This document shows positions 52,232-63,094 of a stretch of DNA of 64,000 bases, one piece after another. Source of the stretch: Nostoc sp. (GTDB taxonomy: Bacteria; Cyanobacteriota; Cyanobacteriia; Cyanobacteriales; Nostocaceae); assembly GCA_036918135.1 (NCBI GenBank), contig JBALDB010000046.1:148112-212111 (forward strand). The letters run 5' to 3'. The notes below the pieces were generated by a model. That model was not told the origin of the DNA, did not search any database, and worked only from the letters and a program-made list of their open reading frames with translations. A program made the translations under genes and the position numbers. Position 1 is the stretch's first letter, and each line of letters begins with the position of its first letter.

Positions 52232-52924
52232 TTAAGAGTGACTTTCTAATGGATTAGCAATGTATTTAAATGTTGGCTCAGAATTCCAAGGGCCGCGCTC
52301 ATCTTTCCCATTACCGTTTGTAGACAGGTTGTAGTAAAGAGCAACAGTTTCATCTGGTTTAACATTGCCAAAGAATGGATCTGTTAACTTACCCAGTGAA
52401 TCTAGAGCTTTCATAAACATCTGGGTATGTGAGATTTCGCGTGTTAAAAGGTGGACTAAAGTTTCCTTAGTTCCTTCGTCAGTTGCTAATTTAATCAACG
52501 CTTCGTAGGTTTGACGAGCGCCAGCTTCAGCTGCAATATTCGCTCTCAAATCGCGTACTACATCTCCACCCTCATTCAAGTAATTTGCACTCCAAGCATT
52601 TCCTTGACTATCTAGAAAATGAGGCCCTATTCCTCGGACTGCAAAGAGAGTACTCTTATATGCGTCTGTTTGATCGGTATTCTTTGTATGGGCTTCAATC
52701 AGTTTACCAACCATTTCTAAATGCCCAAACTCCTCGATCGCAATATCTTGGAGCATGTCTTTAATTCCAGCATTTTCTACATGGAACGATTGAACCCAAT
52801 ATTGCAATGCTGCACTTAATTCTCCAGTAGCTCCGCCAAACTGCTCTAGAAGTAATTGAGCGAAGCGAGGGTTTGCTTCGTTAACATTTACTACGTGAAT
52901 AGGATCTTTTTTGTGAAAGAACAT
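52232..52924 (-). CDS. katB: Manganese catalase (KatB type)
   Basis: 'EQFGGATGELSAALQY', 'DIAIEEFGHLE', 'NIAAEAGAR', 'REISH'. Confidence 0.92.
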   Translation of the reverse strand: MFFHKKDPIHVVNVNEANPRFAQLLLEQFGGATGELSAALQYWVQSFHVENAGIKDMLQDIAIEEFGHLEMVGKLIEAHTKNTDQTDAYKSTLFAVRGIGPHFLDSQGNAWSANYLNEGGDVVRDLRANIAAEAGARQTYEALIKLATDEGTKETLVHLLTREISHTQMFMKALDSLGKLTDPFFGNVKPDETVALYYNLSTNGNGKDERGPWNSEPTFKYIANPLESHS

Positions 52925-53086
52925 AGTTCTAAAATTCCCAAAAATTTGAAAAATGGATCGGCTAACTTGTTATCTCTAGTCTCTTTCCCTAGAGCTTATT
53001 TGAGATTGCACGTCTTCTCAAATGCTGAATTAGAAGACAAATAAAACTCAGCGGTCATTCGATGATTAGTAATTAGCAATCAATCA

Positions 53087-53361
53087 TTAGACATTACTAC
53101 TTCTGATGAGTCCCCATAGGTAAATGGCAACTATAGCGCCAAGGACAGCTACTAAAATCCCAGAAATTGTTAAGTTAGTACCAGCGGAAGTAATTTGCAG
53201 TGTTCCAGTTCCCAGTAAAGTAAATAAACTACGACCAATGAAAGCACCAATGATACCTAAAATCATTGTGGAAAGAATTCCACCACTCTAATAACTAGGA
53301 TAAATAGCTTTAGCGATTGCACCTGCCAATAGACCTAAAACTACCAAGTAATAATACTCAT
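53087..53361 (-). pseudogene. GlsB/YeaQ/YmgE (transglycosylase-associated) membrane protein, disrupted
   Basis: MSIITW, then a 1-nt deletion, then VLGLLAGAIAKAIYPSY*SGGILSTMILGIIGAFIG...AVLGAIVAIYLWGLIRSSNV. Confidence 0.8.
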
Positions 53362-53890
53362 AATTGATAACTACCTCATCCAGCTGACCTGTATCTAATC
53401 TATCAACCTTGATTCACAATTCTTTCTATCACATGGGGTAAATGCTGAATCCAAAAGTTAGAGCAAAGAGTTAATATCAATATTTTATGAATATTAGCAT
53501 TTTTCTGAAAATTAACCTCAATAAATTTTTTTAGTCAAATTAAAAACAATTTCAATTTAGACTCAATAACTACAGCAGATTTGTACAAGGTAAAGTAAAG
53601 AACGATTCTTACCAAAGCAAAATCTCAACCTTGTCTTACTTCCCAATTCTGCTGTCAACGGATATTTCTCATTTAATTAATTTATCTTGTATTGTATCTA
53701 TCTGAAGATGGAATCATTTTATCTAACTTTTGGGAGATGAATCAACAATATTTGTATTCTCATACTTTTTATATAGAAGCTAAATATATGATATTGAAAT
53801 GAAAAATTAGATTCCCAACTTTTTTAAAAAGTTAGGAGTTTCAAAAAAGCAAAAATTAACAAATAAAAATGCTATAACTTTGTAGCTATT

Positions 53891-55273
53891 TTAAATTGCA
53901 CGAGAGAATTTTGAATCTCGATTTCTTATATGACTATCAAAAATGACGGCAATATTTCTTACTAGTAATCTGCCAATGTCTGTGATTTGAATATAATTTT
54001 TTGATAAATTCACTAGTCCATCAGCTTCTAGTGGCTTCAAAGCTTCTAATTCCTCAAAGAAATATTCATCAAAACTAATATGATACTTGTTTTCCAAATC
54101 TTGCTTATGCAGTTGAAAATGAGACATAATAGACATGATTGCATCTCGTCTGATGATGTCATTTTGAGTCAGCTTGATACCTTTACTAATAGGTAAATCA
54201 CCTGCTGTAAGTGCCTGATAATAGTCCTTTAATTCTTTGTGGTTTTGAGCATAGGCATCTTCTAGCATACTGATGGATGTGGCACCAAAACCAAAAAGTT
54301 CTGTTTCTGCGTGGGTAGTATAACCCTGGAAATTACGCTTGAGAGTGCCATTACGTTGAGCGATCGCTAGTTCGTCATTAATTTTAGCAAAATGATCCAT
54401 TCCAATAAATAGATATTGGTTATTTGTCAACTCTTCAATAGTCATTTTTAAAATGTCTAACTTTTCCTCGGCTGGGGGTAGGGCTTCTTGAGGAATATTT
54501 TTTTGTGTCGGTTTTAGCCACGGTACATAAGCAAAATTAAAAACAACAATTCGGTCAGGGTCTAATTCGATAGTCTTTTTTATCGTCTCTCGAAATGTTT
54601 GGCGGGTTTGATAAGGTAAACCATAAATTAGGTCTACATTCACACTTTCAAACTTGGCTTCCTTAATCCAACTCATGACATCAAACAACATTTCTTCAGG
54701 CTGAACGCGATTCACAGCTACTTGAACTTGACGATTAAAATCTTGAATTCCAAAGCTAATCCGATTAAATCCAATATGTCTGAGAAAGAAAATGTAGTTT
54801 CTATCAATGTATCGAGGATTAATTTCAATTGAGATTTCTGCTTGTGGATCGATGGTAAAGTAACGGTTGATATTTTTCCATAAAACTTCTACTTGGTCGC
54901 GTTCCAAATAGTTAGGAGTACCACCACCCCAGTGGATTTGCAGTACCTTTCTTTGTGAATCGATTAAGGCTGCGGTATTTTTGATGTCTTGAATCAAATA
55001 CTCTAAATAAGGTTTAGCAATATTCTTATTGTTAGAAATTACCGTGTTACAGCCACAGAAGTAGCAAGCACTTTGGCAAAAGGGAATGTGGAAATACAAA
55101 GAAAGAGGAGTTTTGCGTTGATTCGAGGCGGCGATCGCAGCTTTAAAATCAGTTTGGGTGAATGTTTCGTTTAACTCTGTAGCGGGTGGGTAGCTGGTAT
55201 ATCTGGGTGCGCGAGTGTCATATTTTTGAATCAAATCCAAATCAAATTTGACACCAGGTAATAAAAAAACCAT
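53891..55273 (-). CDS. hemN: Oxygen-independent coproporphyrinogen III oxidase
   Basis: 'PRYTSYP', radical SAM 'HIPFCQSACYFCGC', 'GGGTP', 'GMDHFA', 'RNFQGY'. Confidence 0.95.
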   Translation of the reverse strand: MVFLLPGVKFDLDLIQKYDTRAPRYTSYPPATELNETFTQTDFKAAIAASNQRKTPLSLYFHIPFCQSACYFCGCNTVISNNKNIAKPYLEYLIQDIKNTAALIDSQRKVLQIHWGGGTPNYLERDQVEVLWKNINRYFTIDPQAEISIEINPRYIDRNYIFFLRHIGFNRISFGIQDFNRQVQVAVNRVQPEEMLFDVMSWIKEAKFESVNVDLIYGLPYQTRQTFRETIKKTIELDPDRIVVFNFAYVPWLKPTQKNIPQEALPPAEEKLDILKMTIEELTNNQYLFIGMDHFAKINDELAIAQRNGTLKRNFQGYTTHAETELFGFGATSISMLEDAYAQNHKELKDYYQALTAGDLPISKGIKLTQNDIIRRDAIMSIMSHFQLHKQDLENKYHISFDEYFFEELEALKPLEADGLVNLSKNYIQITDIGRLLVRNIAVIFDSHIRNRDSKFSRAI

Positions 55274-55365
55274 TGAGTTACTTTCCAATAAATGTATGAG
55301 GAGAAGGGGGAAGGGGATGAGGGAGAAATAACTAACTACCCAATGACAAATAACAAATAACAAAA

Positions 55366-56082
55366 TTAATTGGCCGCAGTAATTTCGGTGCTACCTGGGT
55401 TCTGAGAGCGAGTTAAGTTATTAAACAAAACTTGACCGAGTGCTTTGATTAAATTTCCTTCTAGTTCTTGAGCCATCTGTAAATTTAACGCAAAGGCATT
55501 ATTGGCTTCTGCAACAATTCGTTCTGCTGTAGCATCATCAATAGGTAGTTCATTTAATACCTGACGATACTTATCTTTAAATGCCTTTTTATCAGGAATT
55601 TGCTCAAAATTGTAGAAGGATGTGCCTTCGTAGCCAGAAAGCTTCAGGGCTGATTGAGCAACTTTTTGTAGCATTTGACCCCCAGAGAGGTCGCCCATGT
55701 AGCGAGTGTAAGTATGACCTAATAATAAAACTGGATCGTTAGCAGAAATTTCCCGAATGCGGTCAATGTACGTCTGGGCAGCAGATGAGGGGGCGAGTTT
55801 GTTTCTCCAATTATCCCCATAATAAAACATCATGTCTTTTTCGAGCGCAGCTTGGCGATTCAGTTCGGGAAAATAAACCGCACTAATCGCAGGATGGTCT
55901 ACATGGCTTACTATAGCTGCTTCTAGTTCGCTGTAAATGTAATATAAGTTACTTAAGAACTTAGCGAAGCAGTCTTTATCTACAACTCCTTTGAGAAAAC
56001 ATTTCATAAATCCCACATTTTCTGCTGATGTGTGGGCTTGTTGAGTTCCAGAGCGCAGTTTGATGGCAAGATTGCTACTCAT
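55366..56082 (-). CDS. ho2: Heme oxygenase (Ho2 type)
   Basis: 'LRSGTQQAHTSAENVGF', 'HTYTRYMGDLSGGQ'; lies next to hemN and acsF. Confidence 0.9.
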   Translation of the reverse strand: MSSNLAIKLRSGTQQAHTSAENVGFMKCFLKGVVDKDCFAKFLSNLYYIYSELEAAIVSHVDHPAISAVYFPELNRQAALEKDMMFYYGDNWRNKLAPSSAAQTYIDRIREISANDPVLLLGHTYTRYMGDLSGGQMLQKVAQSALKLSGYEGTSFYNFEQIPDKKAFKDKYRQVLNELPIDDATAERIVAEANNAFALNLQMAQELEGNLIKALGQVLFNNLTRSQNPGSTEITAAN

Positions 56083-56557
56083 TGTTGCTTCCTTGATGTT
56101 CAAGTACAGGTTTTCAGGCAGTCATCACTCACGATGTCTGCCAGTACCAGAGTTAAAAGATTGTTATTCTAGGTTTAGAGAGGATCTGCATCACTCTATC
56201 CAGCAAGTACCATTGCCGATGTAGATCCCAGCTATTGTTATTTCTCATAAGATTATTTAACTATTAATATTTGCATAACTATTAAGTTATTAAAATTTTT
56301 TTAGATTTGAAGAGTGAGGAGTTTGAATATACAATTTCTATCTCTAACTACTTCCAATATTAAAAGGTATAACTTGCATCCACTAATGGTTTATTGAGTT
56401 TCTTGCTTAACAGATTTTCATTAAGCAAAATGAATATAAGCAATCGCTACCAATATGTTCATTTCTGACAATTTGCTTTCAATAATTTAACTGATGCCTA
56501 TTAATAATATTATATGCTTATATAACTTATAAGGTATTAAATAATAAAATTATTCCT

Positions 56558-57634
56558 ATGGTTAAGTCTTTGGAAACCCCGGAACCTGGGTTGTTGAAGC
56601 CAGGTGTAAAAGCACCTGTTCAAGAAACATTATTAACACCCCGGTTTTACACTACTGACTTTGAGGCAGTGGCGCAGTTAGATATTTCACGACAAGAGGA
56701 GGAGTTACGAGCAATTATCGAGGAGTTACGAGCTGATTATAATCGGCATCATTTTGTACGCGATGAAGAATTTAAGCAATGCTGGAATCGTATTGATGGG
56801 GAAACACGCCTCGCTTTTATTGACTTTTTAGAACGTTCTTGTACCTCAGAGTTTTCGGGATTTCTGCTATTTAAAGAATTATCGCGCCGTCTGAGAAATC
56901 GGAATCCGATTCTGGCGGAAGCGTTTAATTTTATGGCACGAGATGAAGCACGCCACGCGGGATTTTTGAATAAGTCAATGGCAGATTTTAATCTTTCCCT
57001 TGACTTAAGTTATTTGACCAAAAATCGCACTTATACCTTCTTTCCCCCAGAGTGGATTATTTACGCAGTTTACTTGTCTGAAAAAATTGGTTATTGGCGC
57101 TACATTTTAGTGTATCGTCATCTGCAAAAACATCCAGAATACCAAATTTATCCCCTGTTTTGTAAGTTTGAGAATTGGTGTCAGGATGAAAATCGACACG
57201 GAGATTTCTTCAAAGCGCTGCTGCGATCGCAACCCCGATTATGGAACAATTGGAAAGCTAGATTGTGGGTACGGTTCTTTTTGTTGAGTGTGTTTGCTAC
57301 TCACACTTTAACAGTATTTGAACGGGCAAAATTTTATCAATCTATTGGTATTAACCCGCGAGAATATAATACCAGAGTTATTCAAGAGACAAATAATACC
57401 GCCGCACGGGCATTTCCTTTGACTTTGAATACAAATCACCCTGACTTTTTCCGGCGGTTAGAGCAGTGTTCTGACCTTAATCTCAAGCTAGCAGAAATTA
57501 ACAATAGCAATCGCCCAAAAATTATTAAGTTCTGCCAAAAATTACCTCTGATAGCTTCCATAGTTGGACATCTGTTGCAGATTTACCAAATCAAACCCGT
57601 TGACGCAGAATCATTGAGAGGAACAGTTCATTAA
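56558..57634 (+). CDS. acsF: Mg-protoporphyrin IX monomethyl ester oxidative cyclase (low-oxygen ChlAII-type copy)
   Basis: 'LLTPRFYTTDF', 'EFSGFLL', 'DEARHAGF', 'SEKIGY', 'DENRHG'. Confidence 0.95.
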   Translation: MVKSLETPEPGLLKPGVKAPVQETLLTPRFYTTDFEAVAQLDISRQEEELRAIIEELRADYNRHHFVRDEEFKQCWNRIDGETRLAFIDFLERSCTSEFSGFLLFKELSRRLRNRNPILAEAFNFMARDEARHAGFLNKSMADFNLSLDLSYLTKNRTYTFFPPEWIIYAVYLSEKIGYWRYILVYRHLQKHPEYQIYPLFCKFENWCQDENRHGDFFKALLRSQPRLWNNWKARLWVRFFLLSVFATHTLTVFERAKFYQSIGINPREYNTRVIQETNNTAARAFPLTLNTNHPDFFRRLEQCSDLNLKLAEINNSNRPKIIKFCQKLPLIASIVGHLLQIYQIKPVDAESLRGTVH

Positions 57635-57818
57635 CTATAGCAATCCTAAATCAGTTGTGAAAATTGTCTTTCTGGTCGTCGCTAATCATTTATGATTACA
57701 AATGACACTTCGACTTTGCTCAGTGTTAACAGTGAGCGTACCCCTGCGGGGAAGCAAGCTACGTGTTGCGTTTCGTAGAGAAGTCGAACTGTTGACTTTT
57801 TACTTCCGCATAGCGGTA

Positions 57819-59885
57819 CTAGTCCCTAGTTCCTTTTTTTTCTCTTTTTCCAAACTTAGGACGAGTAGTTGTCGTTAGTGCAGACTTATTTTGCAAAATT
57901 GCAATTTCTCTGTAGGCATCTTGATAACTATCTTTTTCCCCTTGCTGTTGGAATAGTTTTGCAGCTTTTTTAAAATCTGCGATCGCTCCCTCTTTATTTT
58001 TCTGCTTGGCGCGAATTACACCCCGATTATAATAGGCTAAGGCATAGTTTTTATCAATGGCGATCGCTTGGGAATAATCTTGATTTGCAGCTTTTTTATT
58101 TCCTAGTTCGAGATAGGCGTTACCACGATTATTATAAGCTGCTGCATCATTAGGATTTAGTTTTACTGCTTCGGTATAATCTTCAATAGCACCTTTATAA
58201 TCTCCAAACGAGAAGTGGTGAATACCTCGGTGAATGTAAGCATCAATAAATTTTGGATCGAGTTTCAAAATAGTATTATAATCTTCAGTAGCTTCTATTT
58301 GGTTTCCTAAATCGCTGTAAATATCACCGCGAGTTAAATAAGCTTCTATATATTTTGGATTGATATTAATTGCATCTGAATAATCTTGTATTGCTGCATA
58401 TTTTTGCTTATTAATAACTTGAGTTAGACCCCTTTGATAATAGGCTCTGGCATCACTAGGATTAATCTTAATTATGGCATCAAAATCTTGAATTGCTGCT
58501 TGTCTAAGTTCGAGGCGACGGCGGAGAATACCGCGTTGTAAATAGGCATCCGTATACTCAGGTTTGATAGCGATCGCTTTGCTAAAATCTCCTAATGCCC
58601 CTTTACGATCCTTTAGCTGAACGCGGGCTAATCCCCGGCCATAATAAGCGTATGCATCCTGAGAATTTAACTTAATCGCTTGGGTATAGTCAGCGATCGC
58701 TTTTTTATATTTAGCTAATTCATATAAAGCAAATCCCCGGTCATAATAAGCATTAGCATCTTGAGGATTGAGCAAAATCGCTTGACTAGAGTCTGCTTGT
58801 GCTTGTTCGTAGTCTCCTAATCGATAATAAGCATCGCCTCGCTTATTATATGCCAAAGCATTTTGTGGTTCTAATTCAATCAACTGATTAAAATCTTTAA
58901 CTGCTCCTTCATAATTTCCTTCATCATATTTATTTACTCCTTCTTGATATAATTCTTTTTGAGGATTATTTTCAAATTTTGATAACTGGAAAAACCACGT
59001 AGCAACACCTAGTGTGATACAACCAGCTATCCCCATTATCACTAATAATATTTTTTTTTGATGCTGCTTTTGCTGATACTGAAGATTTGTTAAATTTTTC
59101 AAATCGTCTAAAACTTCAGTTGCATACTGGTAGCGCTTTCGATAATCAATGCGTACCATTTTATTGATAATTTTTGCTAATTTTCTATTAATTTTTAAAT
59201 TTTTGTTCTGCCAAATAATTTCACCTGTTAGCCGATTTCTCTGGCTTCGCAAATTAGATATTTCGTTTGTTGTTAAACCCAAAAGTGCAGCGATCGCAAC
59301 TATACCTAAAGCATAAATATCACTGTTATACTTCAGGTTACCATTAACCTGTTCCATAGGCATATATTCAATATTATCAGCAGTATTGATAGCTTCATTA
59401 ACAGTAGTAAAATCGACTAAAACCAACTTTTTATCTGACTCTCGGCGAATAATATTTGCTGGTTTAATATTTCGATGAATCACGCCTGAGGTATGTATAG
59501 ATACCAAAATTTCTAATATTTCTGATAAAAGATTAATTACTTGGTCTTCCCTCAGAGGTTGTCCTGCTAAAATTTCGTCAGTTAAAGGATTACCAGCAAT
59601 AAATTCTTGGACTAGATAAAATTCTTCATTTTCTTCAAAATAGCCAACTAACTTCTGAATTTGGCTATGTTCCTGGCCTAGTTTTTCTAAAGTTGCTACC
59701 TTACTGGCAAACAAATGCTGTAAGATTGTTAAACTTTGGGGATTGTTACTAGTAGAACGTAACTGCTTAACTACGTATCGACAACCAGAAGAATTAACAT
59801 CTTCCACTAGATAGTTTTTTATTTTTTCTTGATAATTGAGAACTTTTATTATTTGGTAGCGTCCATCCAGAAATTTACTACTCAT
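57819..59885 (-). CDS. Ser/Thr kinase-like (pseudokinase) domain, transmembrane helix and TPR repeats
   Basis: 'LDGRYQIIK', 'YLVQEFI', 'HRNIKPANII', 'SDIYALG'; then a TM segment and about 10 'AYYNRG'-type TPRs. Confidence 0.88.
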   Translation of the reverse strand: MSSKFLDGRYQIIKVLNYQEKIKNYLVEDVNSSGCRYVVKQLRSTSNNPQSLTILQHLFASKVATLEKLGQEHSQIQKLVGYFEENEEFYLVQEFIAGNPLTDEILAGQPLREDQVINLLSEILEILVSIHTSGVIHRNIKPANIIRRESDKKLVLVDFTTVNEAINTADNIEYMPMEQVNGNLKYNSDIYALGIVAIAALLGLTTNEISNLRSQRNRLTGEIIWQNKNLKINRKLAKIINKMVRIDYRKRYQYATEVLDDLKNLTNLQYQQKQHQKKILLVIMGIAGCITLGVATWFFQLSKFENNPQKELYQEGVNKYDEGNYEGAVKDFNQLIELEPQNALAYNKRGDAYYRLGDYEQAQADSSQAILLNPQDANAYYDRGFALYELAKYKKAIADYTQAIKLNSQDAYAYYGRGLARVQLKDRKGALGDFSKAIAIKPEYTDAYLQRGILRRRLELRQAAIQDFDAIIKINPSDARAYYQRGLTQVINKQKYAAIQDYSDAININPKYIEAYLTRGDIYSDLGNQIEATEDYNTILKLDPKFIDAYIHRGIHHFSFGDYKGAIEDYTEAVKLNPNDAAAYNNRGNAYLELGNKKAANQDYSQAIAIDKNYALAYYNRGVIRAKQKNKEGAIADFKKAAKLFQQQGEKDSYQDAYREIAILQNKSALTTTTRPKFGKREKKGTRD

Positions 59886-60310
59886 CAATATAAATAAAAA
59901 ATATAATCTTATATTTTCTGTAAGTCTTTGATAGTATTATACGTATGATTGTTGGGAATTTTAAAATAAAATAAATTTATTACCAGAAAAATTAATGCTA
60001 TTTTGGCATGTAAAACTCCTGATAATCCATTAATATAGATATTTTTATTGTTACAAAAATATTACAGGTTGAATACTGATATTGATTTAGTTTTGTGTGG
60101 TAAACATTAAATTTTTGAAATAATAGCCATAATAAAAAATAGCATTCAAAAAATAAGTAGGCATTGCACACAAAGCTGAATGAAGGATTACCAAGAAATA
60201 AATTATTCAATTTTGTGGAGTGAACTAAAAAGTCCGCAGAAATTGGATCGTTTATTTTCTGGAAATCCCCAAAGACGTAAACACAAGTCTGTTGAAGACT
60301 TGAGATTAAC

Positions 60311-62140
60311 TTATGCTGGGACTACAAATTTCTGACTACCAGCCAGACCAAAGGCCGAATGAATAGCTTGTAAAGCTTTAACACCTTGCTCTTGTGCGAC
60401 GACACAGCTAATTTTGATTTCTGAAGTAGCAATCATTTGAATATTGATTTGTTGTTGGGCTAAGGCTTCAAACATTTTAGCGGCAACACCTGGTTGCCCT
60501 ACCATACCTGCACCCACAATACTCACTTTGGCGATCGCATTATCTAAAACAACTTCACCCCATCCCAATTCTGCTGCTGCTTGAGTAAGCAGTTGTTTTG
60601 CATTTTCTCCATCCATCCGCGAGACTGTAAAGGCAATATCCCGTCTGGCAACACCATCAATTACCCGACAACGCTGAGATTGGATAATCATATCAACGCT
60701 GATGTTATATCGCGCTAATAATCCAAACAACTTCGCCGCCATTCCCGGCCGGTCTGGTAACTGACGAATCGCAAGACGCGCTTGGTTTAAGTCAAGGGCG
60801 ACACCACGGACGGGAGGACAATTTGGCACAGAGGCAGAGCTGCATGTCTCCTCTGTTCCCTTACTCCCCTGCTCCCTTGCTTCGATTTCAAATGCTGTAC
60901 TCAGTGCAGTAACAGCACGATCGCATTCTGCTGCATCTACTACGCAGCTGACTTTGACTTCGCTGGTGGAAATCATCTGTATATTTATGCCAGCTTCGGC
61001 TAAGGTGGCGAACATCTTTGCAGCTATACCAGGACGCCCAATCATACCTGCGCCTGCAATGCTGACTTTGGCAATCTTATGTTCTACCATTACCTCGGCT
61101 TCATCAGATTTAGGGTTGGATTTACTCCTCAAGGCTGGGGCGATCGCAGCTGTTACTGCTTCGGCTCGTTTTAAAATTGGTGTGCTAACGGTAAAAGCAA
61201 TGTCATTACTGTTACCTTCGTGAATTGACTGAATAATCAAATCTACGTCTACTTTTTGGCGGGCAATTTCCCTAAATAAACTTGCTGCCACACCTGGTTT
61301 GTCAGGAACGCGCAATAAAGCGACCTTTGCTTGGTCTGTGTCAAATTCTACATGGTCTACTGGACGGGCAATTTCTAAGTTGATTAGCGATCGCCCTTGG
61401 GGTTTAGCTGATGTTACCCAAGTACCTGGGTCATCTGTCCAGCTAGATCTAACTACCAGGGGAACACCGTAGTTCCGAGCAATTTCCACAGCGCGGGGAT
61501 GCAACACCTTTGCTCCTAAGCTAGCTAGTTCCAGCATTTCATTACAAGTGATAGCATCCATCAACTGAGCTTCCGGAACTAAGCGGGGGTCTGTAGTCAA
61601 AATCCCTGGAACATCTGTATAAATTTCACAGAAACTTGCTTGTAATGCTGCTGCCAGTGCTACTGCTGAAGTGTCAGAACCACCACGTCCCAAAGTTGTA
61701 ATTTCCATTTCTCCGGCACTGGATATTCCTTGAAAACCAGCTACTACAACTACTTTTCCTGCTGTGAGGTGGCGAGTGACGCGAGTAGTTTCAATATGCA
61801 AAATCCGAGCGCGGCTGTATTCTGCTTCGGTAACAATTCCTACTTGAGCGCCAGTCATAGAAATTGCTGGTTGTCCGAGTTCCTGCAATGCCATACTCAG
61901 TAAGGCAATGGTTACTTGTTCGCCAGTGGAAAGCAGCATATCCATTTCCCGGCGGTTAGGATTTGGCGAAATCTCATTAGCTAGTTTGACGAGTCCATCA
62001 GTGGTTTTACCCATTGCCGAAACCACTACAACCAGAGAGTTTCCAGCTTTAACAGTTTTGTAGACACGCTGTGCAACAGCCTGAATGCGTTCGACTGAAC
62101 CGACAGATGTACCACCGTATTTCTGAACTATGAGCGCCAT
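60311..62140 (-). CDS. lysC: Aspartate kinase (cyanobacterial type with four ACT domains)
   Basis: 'QKYGGTSV', 'VVSAMG', '[10 protein letters not shown]', 'TDVPG', and repeated ACT domains. Confidence 0.96.
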   Translation of the reverse strand: MALIVQKYGGTSVGSVERIQAVAQRVYKTVKAGNSLVVVVSAMGKTTDGLVKLANEISPNPNRREMDMLLSTGEQVTIALLSMALQELGQPAISMTGAQVGIVTEAEYSRARILHIETTRVTRHLTAGKVVVVAGFQGISSAGEMEITTLGRGGSDTSAVALAAALQASFCEIYTDVPGILTTDPRLVPEAQLMDAITCNEMLELASLGAKVLHPRAVEIARNYGVPLVVRSSWTDDPGTWVTSAKPQGRSLINLEIARPVDHVEFDTDQAKVALLRVPDKPGVAASLFREIARQKVDVDLIIQSIHEGNSNDIAFTVSTPILKRAEAVTAAIAPALRSKSNPKSDEAEVMVEHKIAKVSIAGAGMIGRPGIAAKMFATLAEAGINIQMISTSEVKVSCVVDAAECDRAVTALSTAFEIEAREQGSKGTEETCSSASVPNCPPVRGVALDLNQARLAIRQLPDRPGMAAKLFGLLARYNISVDMIIQSQRCRVIDGVARRDIAFTVSRMDGENAKQLLTQAAAELGWGEVVLDNAIAKVSIVGAGMVGQPGVAAKMFEALAQQQINIQMIATSEIKISCVVAQEQGVKALQAIHSAFGLAGSQKFVVPA

Positions 62141-62220
62141 AACTTTGAGTCAATTAATTGTGTCTGTTTTGCTCAATGCTCCCGCCAGGTTAGGAAGCTT
62201 TGAAGGTATTAATAAATATT

Positions 62221-62335
62221 TATAGCAGGAGGCAGAAGGCAGTTCTTGCTGGAGGCAGGAGGCAGGAGGTAAAACATTACTATTCCTAACATCCACGCTT
62301 GTCATTATGTCCTAACCTTTAATTTGCTTGCTATA
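62221..62335. repeat. TATAGC...GCTATA MITE-like element, copy 4
   Basis: Same left end as the other copies; the internal ATTACTATTCCTA...GCTTGTCATTATGT block is shared with copy 1. Confidence 0.7.
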
Positions 62336-62493
62336 GTTTACTAACTTATCAGAATCAATTGACACAAATTGATGTTTTGTCAGAAATTTTTTGGACACAT
62401 CGCCTTTACAACACCATCATTCAGCCGAGGTGAACCGTCAGAGTCATCAATTTTTTAACGTAAGATTAAACTGGTAGCACAACGCAAGATTTC

Positions 62494-62793
62494 ATGGCAA
62501 TAAGGTTTATTCTGAGCGACTATGTTGACCGAGCGATGTCTAACGACAAGCCGCTTTGCGTCTACGCTCAGGCAGTTTATGACAAGTTAGAAGATGGTAC
62601 ATTTGCAGGTAGAATTCCTCTTTGCAAAGGAGTGATAGCCTTTGCATCGACTTTGCGAGAGTGTGAGGATGAATTACATTCAACACTGGAAGACTGGATT
62701 TTGCTTGGGTTAAAGCTGGGACATTCTCTACCAGTAATTGATAATATTGACCTCAACAAGGAGCCGACTCTTGAGCCGATGGATACCCTGTAA
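62494..62793 (+). CDS. hicB: HicB family antitoxin with a 9-codon repeat insertion
   Basis: 'YDKLEDGTFAGRIP.CKGV...TLRECE.EL...LEDWILLG...LPVI'. Confidence 0.85.
   Translation: MAIRFILSDYVDRAMSNDKPLCVYAQAVYDKLEDGTFAGRIPLCKGVIAFASTLRECEDELHSTLEDWILLGLKLGHSLPVIDNIDLNKEPTLEPMDTL
62533..62567 (+). repeat. SDR-type 27-bp insertion into a HIP1 site, in frame within hicB
   Basis: GCGAT + GTCTAACGACAAGCCGCTTTGCGTCTA + CGC. Confidence 0.8.
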
Positions 62794-63001
62794 GCGTAGT
62801 GATTTTGTGAATAAATTACGACGGATTGGGTCTGAGGGGGCTTATTCTGGAACAAGACATCAGTTTATGATTTACGGTGAATATCGCCTAACTCTTCCCT
62901 CTAATGATGAGTATTCTGTACCGCAAATGCGGATGATGATTGCAGAAGTTGAGGTGATTTTAGAACGGGAAATCACGTTAGAAGAATGGAATAGCCTTTA
63001 A
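62771..63001 (+). CDS. hicA: HicA family toxin
   Basis: TTG start overlapping the end of hicB; 'PCKRSDFVNKLRRIG...SGTRHQFM...LTLP...EYSVPQ'. Confidence 0.8.
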   Translation: MSRWIPCKRSDFVNKLRRIGSEGAYSGTRHQFMIYGEYRLTLPSNDEYSVPQMRMMIAEVEVILEREITLEEWNSL

Positions 63002-63014
63002 GATTTGCCGAGAA

Positions 63015-63043
63015 GCGATGTCTACGACGGGCTACGCCTACGC
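63015..63043 (+). repeat. SDR5 21-bp insertion into a HIP1 site (intergenic)
   Basis: GCGAT + GTCTACGACGGGCTACGCCTA + CGC. Confidence 0.8.
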
Positions 63044-63094
63044 TTTTCTTTCGGCTCAATGATATACCAAAATGAATGCGTGAATTACTCAAAT

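Noticed and set aside
59998..60210. 70-aa ORF between the pseudokinase and lysC
   Set aside because: AT-rich, low-complexity translation with a TTG start and no recognisable features.
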